A stretch of DNA of 35,636 nucleotides from Octopus sinensis (lineage: Eukaryota). Under the pieces are notes generated by a model, which saw nothing but the letters and a program-made list of their open reading frames with translations, was not told the DNA's origin and searched no databases. Positions 10,421 to 20,504 of this stretch are shown here, piece after piece. The stretch lies in NCBI RefSeq assembly GCF_006345805.1, contig NW_021826254.1:1-35636 (forward strand), in the 5' to 3' direction. Position 1 is the stretch's first letter. Every line of letters starts with the position of its first letter. Both the position numbers and the translations under genes were made by a program.

Positions 10421-10587
10421 AGAAAAAGCATATATACCGATAGCGTCTTTGACTTGCCAATATTATTAGCAAAATTTATATATATAAAAGCAAAGTGGCA
10501 GAAACACTCACAGCTTCAAACATTTTCGATACTTTCTGCCGGACAGATATCGAATTTAAGAAAAAAACAACAAAAAAAAAACAGATA

Positions 10588-10999
10588 GGCGCAGGAGTGG
10601 CTGTGTGGTAAGTAGCTTGTTTACCAACCACATGCTTCCGGGTTCAGTTCCATTGCGTGGCACCTTGGGCAAGTGTCTTCTACTATAGCCTCGGGCCGAC
10701 CAAAGCCTTGTGAGTGGATTTGGTAGACGGAAACTGAAAGAAGCCCGTCGTATATATGTATATATATATATATATGTGTGTGTGTGTTTGTGTGTCTGTA
10801 TTTGACCCCCTAGCATTGCTTGACAACCGATGCTGGTGTGTTTATGTCCCCGTTACTTAGCGGTTCGGTAAAAGCGACCGATAGAATAAGTACTGGGCTT
10901 ACAAAAGAATAAGTCCCGGGGTCGAGTTGCTCGATTAAAGGCGGTGCTCCAGCATGGCCGCAGTCAAATGACTGAAACAAGTAAAAGAGTAAAAGAGTA
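10588..10999 (+). mobile_element. OK-like SINE, full length, young
   Basis: GGCGCAGGAGTGGCTGTGTGGTAAG...GGGTTCAGTTCC...CACCTTGGGCAAG...tail AAGTAAAAGAGTAAAAGAGT. Confidence 0.93.
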
Positions 11000-11119
11000 T
11001 GCAATGAAAACAAGCAAGATTGATTTTATAAAAAAAATATAGAACCTCTACCTTGACTTTGTAAACACGTCGTAGTCCTCTAGTGTTACCTGTAGAACTG
11101 AATTAAGATTTAATGAGTG

Positions 11120-11780
11120 TGTTTCTTTATTACTGACAAGGGGCTAACACATGCGGGGACAATTAACACAGGTAAAATGGATTATTACAATGAAGGTGAA
11201 ACGGCCACCCCGATCCCGCTCCGGGACGGTTGCGTGATTTCAGTTATTTCAAACAATCTTAAACAGTTCTTTTAGAATGTTCATTATCAGGTCTTTAAAA
11301 TAATCTCAATAAATTTTACTCACCACTTTATATCTTTTTTAATGTCGTCATAATTCAGCACTGTGGCGCGGGGTTCAATACTCACCTCGGGCACCGTGGA
11401 TTCACATTTGATAGAAAAGCTTCTTTCGAAGTTCTATATTTTCTTTCATCTAACGGGATACATCTCATGTCCTTATCGTATGTCTGCGTATTGTGTCTGT
11501 GTGTCTGTGCTTGAATAAGGATCAGAATTGAACGTCTTCCAGCGCACATTTAAATATTTATTGAAAAACTTTAACACAGCCGCTGACTCTTTAACACAGC
11601 CGCTGATATAGAAGAGGAGACTGCAAATCACCAAACACCATCTATCAACCCATCCCGCCGTCAAAATTACACGATCGAACAAATTTCTCTTATCACTGAG
11701 TATTTGGGTACAGGTTAACGTTTCGCATAATCCATTTCTCTCAAGAATTGAACCTGCACCCTTATAACCATGAGCCAATT
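11120..11780 (-). mobile_element. Possible degraded LINE 3' end whose tail resembles the L-tail SINE
   Basis: Minus strand ends TGTCCCCGCATGTGTTAGCCCCTTGTCAGTAATAAAGAAA without an upstream Deu domain. The upstream sequence is only weakly ORF-like. Confidence 0.35.
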
Positions 11781-11844
11781 ATATCTCTAACCACTTAACC
11801 ACGTGCTTTCACAACAAATATAACAGTATATACATTAATAAGAA

Positions 11845-12428
11845 GGCGGCGAGCAGGCAGAAGCGTTAGCGTGTCATGCGAAATGCTTGGCGGTATTTCG
11901 TCTGTCGCTACGTTCTGAGTTCAAATTCCGCCGAGGTCGACTTTGCCTTTCATCCTTTCGGGGTCGATTAAATAAGTACTAGTTACGCACTGGGGTCGAT
12001 ATAATCGACTTAATCCGTTTGTCTGTCTTTGTTTGTCCCCTCTGTGTTTATCCCCTTGTGGGTAATAAAGAAATAGGTATTTCGTCTGCCGCTACGTTCT
12101 GAATTCAAATACCGTCGAGGTCGACTTTGCCTTTCATCCTTTCGGGGTCGATTAAATAAGTACTAGTTACGCACTGGGGTCGATATAATCGACTTAATCC
12201 GTTTGTCTGTCCTTATTTGTCCTCTCTGTGTTTAGCCCCTTGTGGGTATTAATGAAATAAGTATTTCTGAAGCTCAAATTCCGCCGAGATCGACTTTGCC
12301 TTTCATCCTTTCGGGGTCGATAAATTAAGTACCAGTTACGCACTGGGGTCGATGTAATCGATTTAATACCTATGTCTGTCCTTGTTTATCCCCTCTATGT
12401 TTAGCCTCTTGTGGGTAATAAAGAAATA
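11845..12428 (+). mobile_element. Deu/Nin SINE trimer (head plus three bodies)
   Basis: Junctions GAAATA|GGTATTTC at 12075/6 and GAAATA|AGTATTTC at 12259/60. 16-bp TSD AGTATATACATTAATA at 11825-11840 and 12429-12444. Confidence 0.92.
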
Positions 12429-12523
12429 AGTATATACATTAATATACACAGGTAGATTAATTTCCGTTTCTTCATACCATTCTACATATGAATTTTTATC
12501 ACCATTCCCGCCACCGAAATTAT

Positions 12524-12567
<44 letters not shown>

Positions 12568-13239
12568 GAATACACTCTACTTCAAGACCCCAATCATTCT
12601 CTCCCTTCATTAACCCTTAAAGCGCAAAATTCAATTTCATGGTTATTCCAGAAATTAGATCTGCCAAAAATTGAATTGCTATTTTTTTGAAAGTCACTCT
12701 GGCCTCATTAAAACTTGACATATCTCAACAGAAACTAGTTTCCATCCATGACATTCCGCAACAAAAGATAGAATGGTACATAAAACAGTTTTCTGTAGGT
12801 AAGAGTAATGAAATTTTGAGCGAATAAATCCGGTTTCCACTGTAAAGGTGTTAACCTTGATGGTCAAAGGTATGGAGTTAATAAAAGACCTCAGAGAGAA
12901 CTGTGTTGAGTGACTGGTGTCATTTGAAGACCATGCGATATAGCAAGATGAGGTACTAATCCATGGAGTACGTTTGCATGTAATAAAATTTTCTGTTCAT
13001 TACTTTATTTTACGATGTTCCTGAAGATCGAATTAAAGAGCGGTTTGACCCGTTTGACATTTGTTTAACTTCACTGATCGCTGCGTCTTACTCTGTAATT
13101 AGCACGAACTCACGTGTGCACACGCATGCGCCCAATCGCACATGCGTTCATGCATACATGCAACGCAAACAGGTTTCTCCGTATGAGAAGAGAACACGCA
13201 TTATATTCAAGGTGTTACAGAAACATACGCACACTCACA

Positions 13240-13379
13240 ATTGCACATACATATATATATATATATAATATATATATATATATGCACACACCTAATCACT
13301 AGTACATACATGCATGAGTACATATATACATACATACACAAACATGTACACCAACCTAAATACATGTATCTACCTATCT

Positions 13380-13422
<43 letters not shown>

Positions 13423-13561
13423 CATATATGCACAGGCAGACACACGTAATCCAGAAACTTCATACATACACACTAAAGCGTGTATATATTCACAACAATG
13501 GACGCCATTGAAAGCATAAATAAATACATGCCTACATATATATGTATATGTGTTTAAATAT

Positions 13562-13619
<58 letters not shown>

Positions 13620-13630
13620 ATGTATGTATG

Positions 13631-13666
<36 letters not shown>

Positions 13667-13700
13667 TTTATATACATGCATGTATGGAAGATAATGCGAA
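13240..13700. repeat. Compound (TA)n/(CA)n/(TATG)n microsatellites
   Basis: Direct reading. Confidence 0.9.
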
Positions 13701-13954
13701 ACGTGTGAAGATAACATGCACTCACACTCAAAGCTACACAAACAAGAAGCCTTTTATGAAAACATAAAAATGTATAGAACATAATGTCTATATTCACATC
13801 TACTATACACACATGCATGTATAGAGTACGTATAAAAAAATATAATGCCGATACATGTGCATACACACACACACGCACTTACATAATGCACTCCATCTTG
13901 CAGCACACAGCTCATTATTTTCCGTCAGTTGTTGACAACTCAGTATAACAGTTT

Positions 13955-13967
13955 TATTATTATTATC

Positions 13968-14011
<44 letters not shown>

Positions 14012-14018
14012 CATTATT

Positions 14019-14066
<48 letters not shown>

Positions 14067-14068
14067 TT
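13955..14068. repeat. (ATT)n/(ATC)n microsatellite
   Basis: Direct reading. Confidence 0.95.
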
Positions 14069-14444
14069 TATTGAAACAGTAAAGATTAATTGGGAATAAC
14101 ATTGAAGCAGTGAAGCCAAAGATATAACCGGGGGAAAAAAAAATGGTGGAAATTAACTGGTGCTGGAACGTAATAAGTTGATAAATAGCTCCCCGTGTCG
14201 AAGTTTAAAATCCCTAAAGCAATATTAAGCGCTCGCAAGCCAACGAGAAACAATTAAACTGTCAAGACACGTCTAATTTCTAAACCATCAACCATCTATT
14301 TGAATAATATAAAAATAAAATAAGAAAATGGCAACATTTTTATGAATCGAAAAGCAAAATCTACTTCAATTGACTCAGCGACTCTCAGCCAACCATTAGC
14401 GATTTTCGCCAGCTCTCGAGATTATGGGAGACTCTTTTCAGATG

Positions 14445-14476
<32 letters not shown>

Positions 14477-14569
14477 GATGATGATGATGATCTCATTATT
14501 ATTATTATTATTATTATTTATTATTATTATTATAACTACTACTGCTTAAGGCTGTTCAAAACCTTTACT

Positions 14570-14902
14570 GTAGCGGATAAAATGTCTTGCGGCAATTTTT
14601 CCGGCTTTACGGCTCGATAAATTAAGCACCAGTTACGCACTGGGGTCGACGTAATTGACTTAATCCGTTTCTCTGCCCTTGTTTGTCCTCCCTGTGTGTA
14701 ACCCCTTGTGGGCAATAAAGAAATAAGAATCGTCACTGCCCCTTCTTCTGACTTAACGTTCAAATGCCGTCGGAGTGGACTTTACTTTTCATCCTTTCGG
14801 GGGTCAATAAAATAAGTACCAGTTGAACACTGGGGTTGATGTAATCGACTCTTCCCCTCCCCCAAAATTGCTGGCCTTGTACCAAAATTTAAATCAATAT
14901 TT
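14570..14902 (+). mobile_element. Composite Deu SINE: deleted L-tail copy followed by an S-tail body
   Basis: L tail ends AAAGAAATA|AGAATCG at 14725/6; S tail CCCCTCCCCCAAAATTGCTGGCCTTGTACCAAAAT. Confidence 0.8.
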
Positions 14903-15849
14903 TGCCAATTTCGTATGAACTCGGCACTCGTAGAATATAATCCAGCTTTGGAAACCATTGTATTGAAAAGTTAAAAATACATTTTTGGAAAATTATTGTA
15001 TAGCTTCAAAAGATCTGGAAACTCGAAATTTCCAATGAAAAATGTTAAATTTACAACATATTTTTAACACATTTTGTATGTGTGTATGTGTTTTGTCGTG
15101 TGTCTGTATGTTTTTTTTTTATTTTTTGTTTGGTTATGGTTTAATTGTTGCTGCTGCTTAGTCAAGTAGGAAGTCTAAAGCCTTACAGCAACAAATAACG
15201 TCGTTGATTATTTGATAATGTGTTTATAATACTAAGATTATATTCTGTAATACAATAGTTATTTAATACTTTACAATGAATTTAGTCACGCTGTGAAATT
15301 ATTTCCTCTGATTAAACATCATGGCTTTCAGCAAGTTGGAAAGGAGGATGTATTCTAAATATTACTGCTGTCTGGATTTTAATCTTTTACCAAAATGAAA
15401 CAAAAGTATGTGTGAACAGACTTTCTTCAAAATAAAACACATTAATTCATATTTTTCAAACGAATACCCACCTTCTCATCGTATTTTTGGAACACAAACC
15501 ACCATTATTTATTTATTTATATTTTATATTTCGTCATGAAGTATTCTACATTTTGAAACACTTGTAATTTATATTTTTACAGAAAAAAAAAATGGAAAAC
15601 CTGTCATGCAAAAATCGAAATTTCTCGGTTTTTTTTAAATATTGTATTTTTATCTTGAAGCGGTGGAAGTGTGAAATTTTTTCTCTAAAATGCGTATTAC
15701 ATGTGTTTTAAAATTTGGAATTCTATATATCACTTAAGATATATTGTGTGCGATATACAAAGAACAACCAAATTTTGTTTGGTTAGGTATGTGTCTTTTG
15801 CATAACAATAAAAATTTGCTTCTTGTTTTCGTTTGTTTCGTCAAAGATT

Positions 15850-16400
15850 AACGTTTGGTTCAAAAGCTATTATTTCTAAGACAACTAGAAATAGATACAA
15901 AAGAAAAAGTAGTTAGTATTTCGTTTTTTAAGTTTCCTTCAATAGTACGAGTGAAGGTGCCATCATACATATATGCAGAAGATATGGAGGTAATAGTGAT
16001 TGAAAAGCACAACTACGGGAAATTGAAGGAGATGTGCGGAGATAGTGTTGACCCACCAGGAGTGAGGGTGTAATTCAAAGAGTTGCCACCTGAAGTGGGT
16101 CTAAGAGACATTGAACCACTGATGAAGTATTATTAAAAAGAAAAATATGTTAAATTGTAGGAAAAAAGAAAGAGTAAATCGCTTTGTTATCTTTAGGAAA
16201 ATAATGGTGAAAATGAAAAGATAAAAACAAAGAACAATTGTAGATAATGTATATAACGGTTCAAATGGGAGTTTTTTATTTTTATATAATTTCATCTCAT
16301 TTACATTCGTTTAATGTTTTTTTGTCCCCACTGTGGTCTTGTCTGTCCTTGTGGTGTCCCTGTCTGTGTTTACAGCTTTATGCCTAATAAAGAAATCAGT
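15850..16400 (+). mobile_element. Possible internally deleted L1/Tx1-like relic (ORF1-like piece plus tail)
   Basis: VRVKVPSYIYAEDM...GVRV*FKELPPEVGLRDIEPLMKYY resembles RRM-like ORF1 segments. Ends with TTGTCTGTCCTTGTGGTGTCCCTGTCTGTGTTT...AATAAAGAAAT. Confidence 0.35.
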
Positions 16401-16435
16401 CAGTATTTCGTTTTTTGAGCAGTAAATGGAATACC

Positions 16436-16845
16436 TATTTCTTTATTACCCACAAGGGGCTAAACACAGAGAGGACAAACAAGGACAGACATAGGTATTA
16501 AGTCGATTATATCGACCCCAGTGCGTAACTGGTACTTAATTTATCGACCCCGAAAGGATGAAAGGCAAAGTCGACCTCGGTGGAATTTGAACTCACAACG
16601 TAACGCAGACGAAATACCTATTTCTTTATTACCCACAAGGGGCTTAACACAGAGGGGACAAACAAGGACAGACATAGGTATTAAGTCGATTACATCGACC
16701 CCAGTGCGTAACTGGTACTTAATTTATCGACCCCGAAAGGATGAAAGGCAAAGTCGACCTCGGCGGAATTTGAACTCACAACGTAACGCAGACGAAATAC
16801 CGCTAAGCATTTCGCCCGGCGTGCTAACGTTTCTGCCAGCTCGCC
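16436..16845 (-). mobile_element. Deu/Nin SINE dimer (head plus two bodies)
   Basis: Junction at 16618/9 (minus GAAATA|GGTATTTC). 17-bp TSD GCAGTAAATGGAATACC at 16419-16435 and 16846-16862. Confidence 0.92.
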
Positions 16846-16862
16846 GCAGTAAATGGAATACC

Positions 16863-17680
16863 ATCGATGGTACGTTCTCGTCGCTGCCTCCTCCTCAGTT
16901 TATTGAAAATGTTACACATCCTGTGTTTCCACAGGATGCAAATAACTTTCGTAGATCTAACACATCGTTGAGCACTGTTATCAGAGCAGTAAATAAAATC
17001 AAGCATACGCTTTATAAAATCAATTCCCCACTGCTTCAACAGCTGAGAAATGATAATGCATTGAGAATGATAAAGATTTTCAAAATATTGTTGCTGCATA
17101 CAGAAGTTCGATGGATGGCAATGGGAAACTGCTTGAAAGGATTTTTTTCTTCCCCTTTTAAAACAGTTGTTGAATTATTGCATTGTGATGAACTAAGGCG
17201 CATGGCTCAGTGGTTAGAGCGTCGAGCTTACGATCGTGAGGTTGTGAGCTCGAATCCCGGACCGGGCTGCGTGTTGTGTTCTTGAGCAAGGAACTTTATT
17301 TCACGTTGCTCCAGTTCACTCAGCTGTAGAAATGAGTTGCGACGTCACTGGTGCCAAGCTGTATCGGCCCCTTTGCCTTTCCCTTGGATAACATCGGTGA
17401 CGTGGAGAGGGGAGGCTGGTATGCATGGGCGACTGCTGGTCTTCCATAAACAACCTTGCCCGGACTTGTGTCTAGGAGGGTAACTTTCTAGGTGCAATCC
17501 CATGGTCATTCATGACCGAAGGGGGTCTTTACCCTTACCTGATGAACTAAGAAACATCAAGCAGGAATCACAAAGCTCATTGAAATTAATTTGCAACCAC
17601 AAGGAAATGGGGGTTAATATTTACTAAGTTGAAATCAGCTCTCTCTACTTTTGCCCAAATCAAAGTTATTCAAATGTAAC
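16863..17680 (+). pseudogene. hAT (Buster/Charlie-like) transposase relic
   Basis: SLSTVIRAVNKIK...LLLHTEVRWMAMGNCLKGFF matches the LLLHTEVRWLS.G motif of Buster/Charlie transposases. Continues as ELR|NIK across the SINE at 17197. Confidence 0.8.
17197..17539 (+). mobile_element. tRNA-Arg(ACG)-derived SINE (OR-like head, CORE/Meta-like domain, tail X)
   Basis: GGCGCATGGCTCAGTGGTTAGAGC...CTTACGAT...TCGAATCCC, then TTGAGCAAGGAACTTTATTTCACGTTGCTCCAG. 12-bp TSD TGATGAACTAAG at 17186-17197 and 17540-17551. Confidence 0.9.
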
Positions 17681-17685
17681 ACAAG

Positions 17686-17923
17686 TTTACATTATTTACA
17701 TTTGATGGATATTTGTCCTCATCTTGTTTGTTGTTAACACAACATTTCGGCTGATATACCCTCCAGTCTTCATCAGGTGTCTTGGGGAAATTTCGAACCT
17801 GGGTTCTCATTCCTAAGGTATTTTTCGATGTTATTATTATTCGGGCCACTGCCTGGAATCTAACTCGGAATCTTGGGGTTAATAGCCCGCGCTCTTAACC
17901 ACTACGCCATATGCCCGTGGGCA
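17686..17923 (-). mobile_element. tRNA-headed SINE carrying a minimal hammerhead ribozyme
   Basis: Head 17843-17916 with A box TGGCGTAGTGG and B box GAGTTAGATTCC (one change from consensus). Then (AAT)n, a linker, the hammerhead, and tail AACAACAAACAAGATGAGGAC...TGTAAATAATGTAA. Confidence 0.85.
17736..17781 (-). ncRNA. Minimal type I hammerhead (copy 1)
   Basis: GACAC-CUGAUGA-A-GACUGG/AGGGUAUA/UCAGCC-GAAA-UGU-U^GUGUU. Stem I GACAC/GUGUU; loopless stem III. Confidence 0.75.
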
Positions 17924-17925
17924 TA

Positions 17926-18016
17926 CTTACATTATTTACATTTTACAGATAATTGTCCTCATCTTGTTTGTTGTTGACACAACGTTTCGGCTGATGTACC
18001 CTCCAGTCGTCATCAG
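17926..18016 (-). mobile_element. 5'-truncated tandem copy of the hammerhead SINE (hammerhead copy 2 plus tail)
   Basis: CUGAUGA-C-GACUGG/AGGGUACA/UCAGCC-GAAA-CGU-U^GUGUC followed by the same tail. 240 nt from copy 1 and truncated exactly at CUGAUGA. Confidence 0.85.
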
Positions 18017-18019
18017 TCC

Positions 18020-18340
18020 TACAGGGTTTACAGTGGAAATAGAACCATCTGGTTTCATCTTCCATTAAAGATTCTTCAGGGATTATGAAATCGGAGGGAT
18101 TGAGGAGTGAGGTACTTGCCTGAGATACCCTTGATGATCGGAGTGACTAGGGTGTGTGGAGTTCCTTAGTCCTCAGTGGAACTCCCGCCCCCCATTTGGG
18201 GATGGATTTTATTGTGTAATTTTTGTTGGTAATTGTTATTGTTTTATTGTATACACGAATTGCTAAGCCCCACTTGTCTCCGGTGTTATACTGTCCCTTT
18301 TCGTTTTGTATTCGGCCTTTGTGGCCAGTGAAGATTATCA
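18020..18340 (+). mobile_element. Probable LINE 3' UTR fragment
   Basis: Ends TGTCCC...GGCCTTTGTGGCCAGTGAAGATTA plus (ATT)n, resembling the L-tail GCCCCTTGTGGGCAATAAAGAAATA. Confidence 0.4.
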
Positions 18341-18354
18341 TCATTATTATTATT

Positions 18355-18671
18355 GCCTTTGCACAACTTCTAACGCTGCAGATGTACTACGGTGTCAGCT
18401 GTGCACTACCAGTGAACTAAAGTAACCCTCTTATTTTTCGAGTACCTTCCGGAATATTCGAGCGGTTCCAAGCAGTGCTGTTTTCTGCAAGTGTCCAATC
18501 CTTATTGCAGCCCTTATTTGTTCCACGTACTTCTCACGATTTTATACTCACCGTTCCCAGGGCTCCGACAATTATTGGTACTACTACCACCTTTTTCGGC
18601 GACCAGAACTGCTTAACCTCCCGAGCTTACCTGTCATGTCTATCAACTTTTCTTTCTTCCTTATCGCATAC

Positions 18672-18674
<3 letters not shown>
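18355..18674 (-). mobile_element. R4/Dong-type RLE non-LTR retrotransposon 3' end inside (TAA)n
   Basis: Minus: KEERKVDRHDR*AREVKQFWSPKKVVVVPIIVGALGTVS / EKYVEQI...HLQKTALLGTARIFRKVLEK* (stop at 18431-18433). (ATT)n on both sides. Confidence 0.85.
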
Positions 18675-18712
<38 letters not shown>

Positions 18713-19033
18713 GCAATGTATTTTTTCGTATTGTAAATATTTTCGTGTATAATTTTACTGGTTGACGTACAGCCAAGGATATTAAAATCCACTACACGGA
18801 GAGGGCCATCCAGAGTTTCATCCGTTAAATGTCACACAATGTAATGTCTATTTTTGCATATAAAACTTTAAAGATCACAGTTTTTCAAGTGGACCCAACA
18901 AGCATTCTTACTAAAGTTTATTTCTAATAGATACAGAAATAGATATTAACAATCTACTCCTTCCCCTATTTTCCAATGCCTCATACTGAGAAAACCGTTT
19001 CGAAATAATTGAACAGAATAGTGGTTGGCCTAA

Positions 19034-19447
19034 GGCGGCGAGCTGGCAGAAACGTTAGCACGCCGGGCGAAATGCTTTGCAGTATTTCGTCTACCGTTAC
19101 CTTCTGAGTTCAAATTTCGCCGAGGTTGACTTTACCTTTCATCCTTTCGGGGTCGATAAATTAAGTACCAGTTACGCACTGGGGTCGATGTAATCGACTT
19201 AATCCGTTTGTCTGTCCTTGAATGTCCCCTCTATGTTTAGCCCCTTGTGGGCAATAAAGAAATAAGAATTGCTAGCACGTTGGACGAAATTCGTCCGTCG
19301 CTACGTTCCAAGTTCAAATTCCGCCGAGGCCGACTTTGCCTTTCATCCTTTTAGGGGTTGAAGAAATAAGTACCGGTTATGCACTGGGGTCGATGAAATC
19401 GACTATCCCCCTCCCCCAAATTTCAGGCTTTGTGCATATAATAGAAA
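19034..19447 (+). mobile_element. Composite Deu SINE: L-tail copy nested in the head of an S-tail copy
   Basis: 19-bp TSD AGAATAGTGGTTGGCCTAA at 19015-19033 and 19448-19466. Internal junction GAAATA|AGAATTGCTAGCAC at 19264/5. Confidence 0.9.
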
Positions 19448-19539
19448 AGAATAGTGGTTGGCCTAAATAAGACTCTTCAGAATTAAGATGATTTGTGAAC
19501 ATTGGGTAGTTTGAAGCAGAGTGGATTTTCTATCTTTCA

Positions 19540-19915
19540 TCTTTTTTTACAGTTCTCAGTCATTGGAATGCAGCCATGCTAGGGCACTCCATCCCAGTAC
19601 TTTTTTTTAAAAAAAGTAGTACTTACCCTATCGCTCTCTTTTGCCAAACCACTTACTCACAGAAGCGTAAACCAACACCGGTTATCAAGCAGTGACAGGA
19701 GAAAGGGCGACAAACACAGACACGAAGACATGCACAGCTACACCCACGCATACATATAAACGACGGGCTTCCACATAGTTTCCATCTCCCACCAAATTCA
19801 CTCTCAAAGTATTGGTCGGTAGTAGAATAGCAGAATCATTTGCCAAGGCGTCGTGCAGCGGCACTGAACCGGAAAACATATGGTTACAAATCCAGCCTTT
19901 TAACCACGCTTGCAC
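19540..19915 (-). mobile_element. Old OK-like SINE
   Basis: CAGTCATTGGAATGCAGCCATGCT...CAAGGCGTCGTGCAGCGGCACTGAACCCGGAAACATATGG. Confidence 0.8.
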
Positions 19916-19939
19916 ATATCGATTAAATATATTCTAATT

Positions 19940-20504
19940 TTTATAGATCGATCTCGCTGATAAAAAGCATAAAGTGTTGTAAAGTAAAAGCCATACTCTC
20001 ACTGAAGACCTTGTGCCTCGGTAATACATAAAAATAAGTACTAGGTTGACTGGAGGTGCCCGAAGCAGCCTTGAATGAAATATATGTGCGTACAATCATA
20101 TTTAACACGTTCGTAAACATTTGGACGTGAGAAAACCTTTTGCTGCTGAAATAGTCGCTGGAGGAGAAAATTCTTCTTATAGATAATAGGTTTGAAAACA
20201 TATCGTTGGTCTATGAAAAATATCATCGGACCGTTAGACGCATGCGTTTCAGCACCGTTACGTTTCAATAGCTACGAATATGGAATCAATCATTCACAGC
20301 CTCGTTAAAAATGTTTGATCATGTATAAAAATATGGCAACTACTACATTTGCTGTCTTGCGCAAAACTTGGACAAGTTGGAATTAATTATCTGGAGGTGA
20401 TCGAAGCTGAGTTAAATGAAATATCGCTGCGCTTTTCTACAACGTCTCTCTAGATCTTTTCATCGCCACCAAGGGGGCAGTGCCGTCCACGTTGAGAACC
20501 ACTG
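19940..20504 (-). mobile_element. hAT (Buster/Charlie-like) 5' end relic
   Basis: Minus strand begins CAGTGGTTCTCAAC...GCCCCCTTGGTGGC, a typical Charlie-type terminus. Degraded ...FNEAV... resembles the FSNEAMKP segment of Buster transposases. Confidence 0.55.

Larger units (their letters stand above)
8350..10545 (+). pseudogene. L1/Tx1-clade LINE ORF2 C-terminal relic, interrupted by a foldback element and a SINE dimer
   Basis: SGKPDKIKRVVACKPVKKGGLGMVE...SLKLSWTRTLL; zf-RVT-like DTKLRWFQFRTKHNILATNSLLFKIKLTESNLCTFCQWEVETVSHLFWYCECVQAFW. The frame resumes after the SINEs as RKSIYTDSVFDLPILLAKFIYIKAKWQK. Confidence 0.88.

Noticed and set aside
11570-11607. Direct repeat TTTAACACAGCCGCTGA x2
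   Set aside because: Isolated local slippage duplication with no associated element boundary.
12614-12850. piggyBac-like MITE (TTAA-CCCTT ... AAAGGTG-TTAA)
   Set aside because: The termini match poorly and there is no second copy in the window.
13015-13060. CTGAAGA as a possible hammerhead core
   Set aside because: No stem II-GAAA-UH downstream.
14100-14430. Unique sequence with homeodomain-like motifs (possible conserved non-coding element)
   Set aside because: TAAT/TGTCA motifs are expected by chance in AT-rich DNA; cannot be supported without alignments.
17197-17275. Possible genuine tRNA-Arg genes (also 29620-29694 and 33952-34025) and the tRNA-like head at 17843-17916
   Set aside because: Acceptor and T stems are broken, there is no terminator, and each continues into a SINE body.
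16521-17285. 254-aa ORF
   Set aside because: Chance fusion of an antisense SINE dimer, hAT relic and SINE head; the hAT part is frameshifted.
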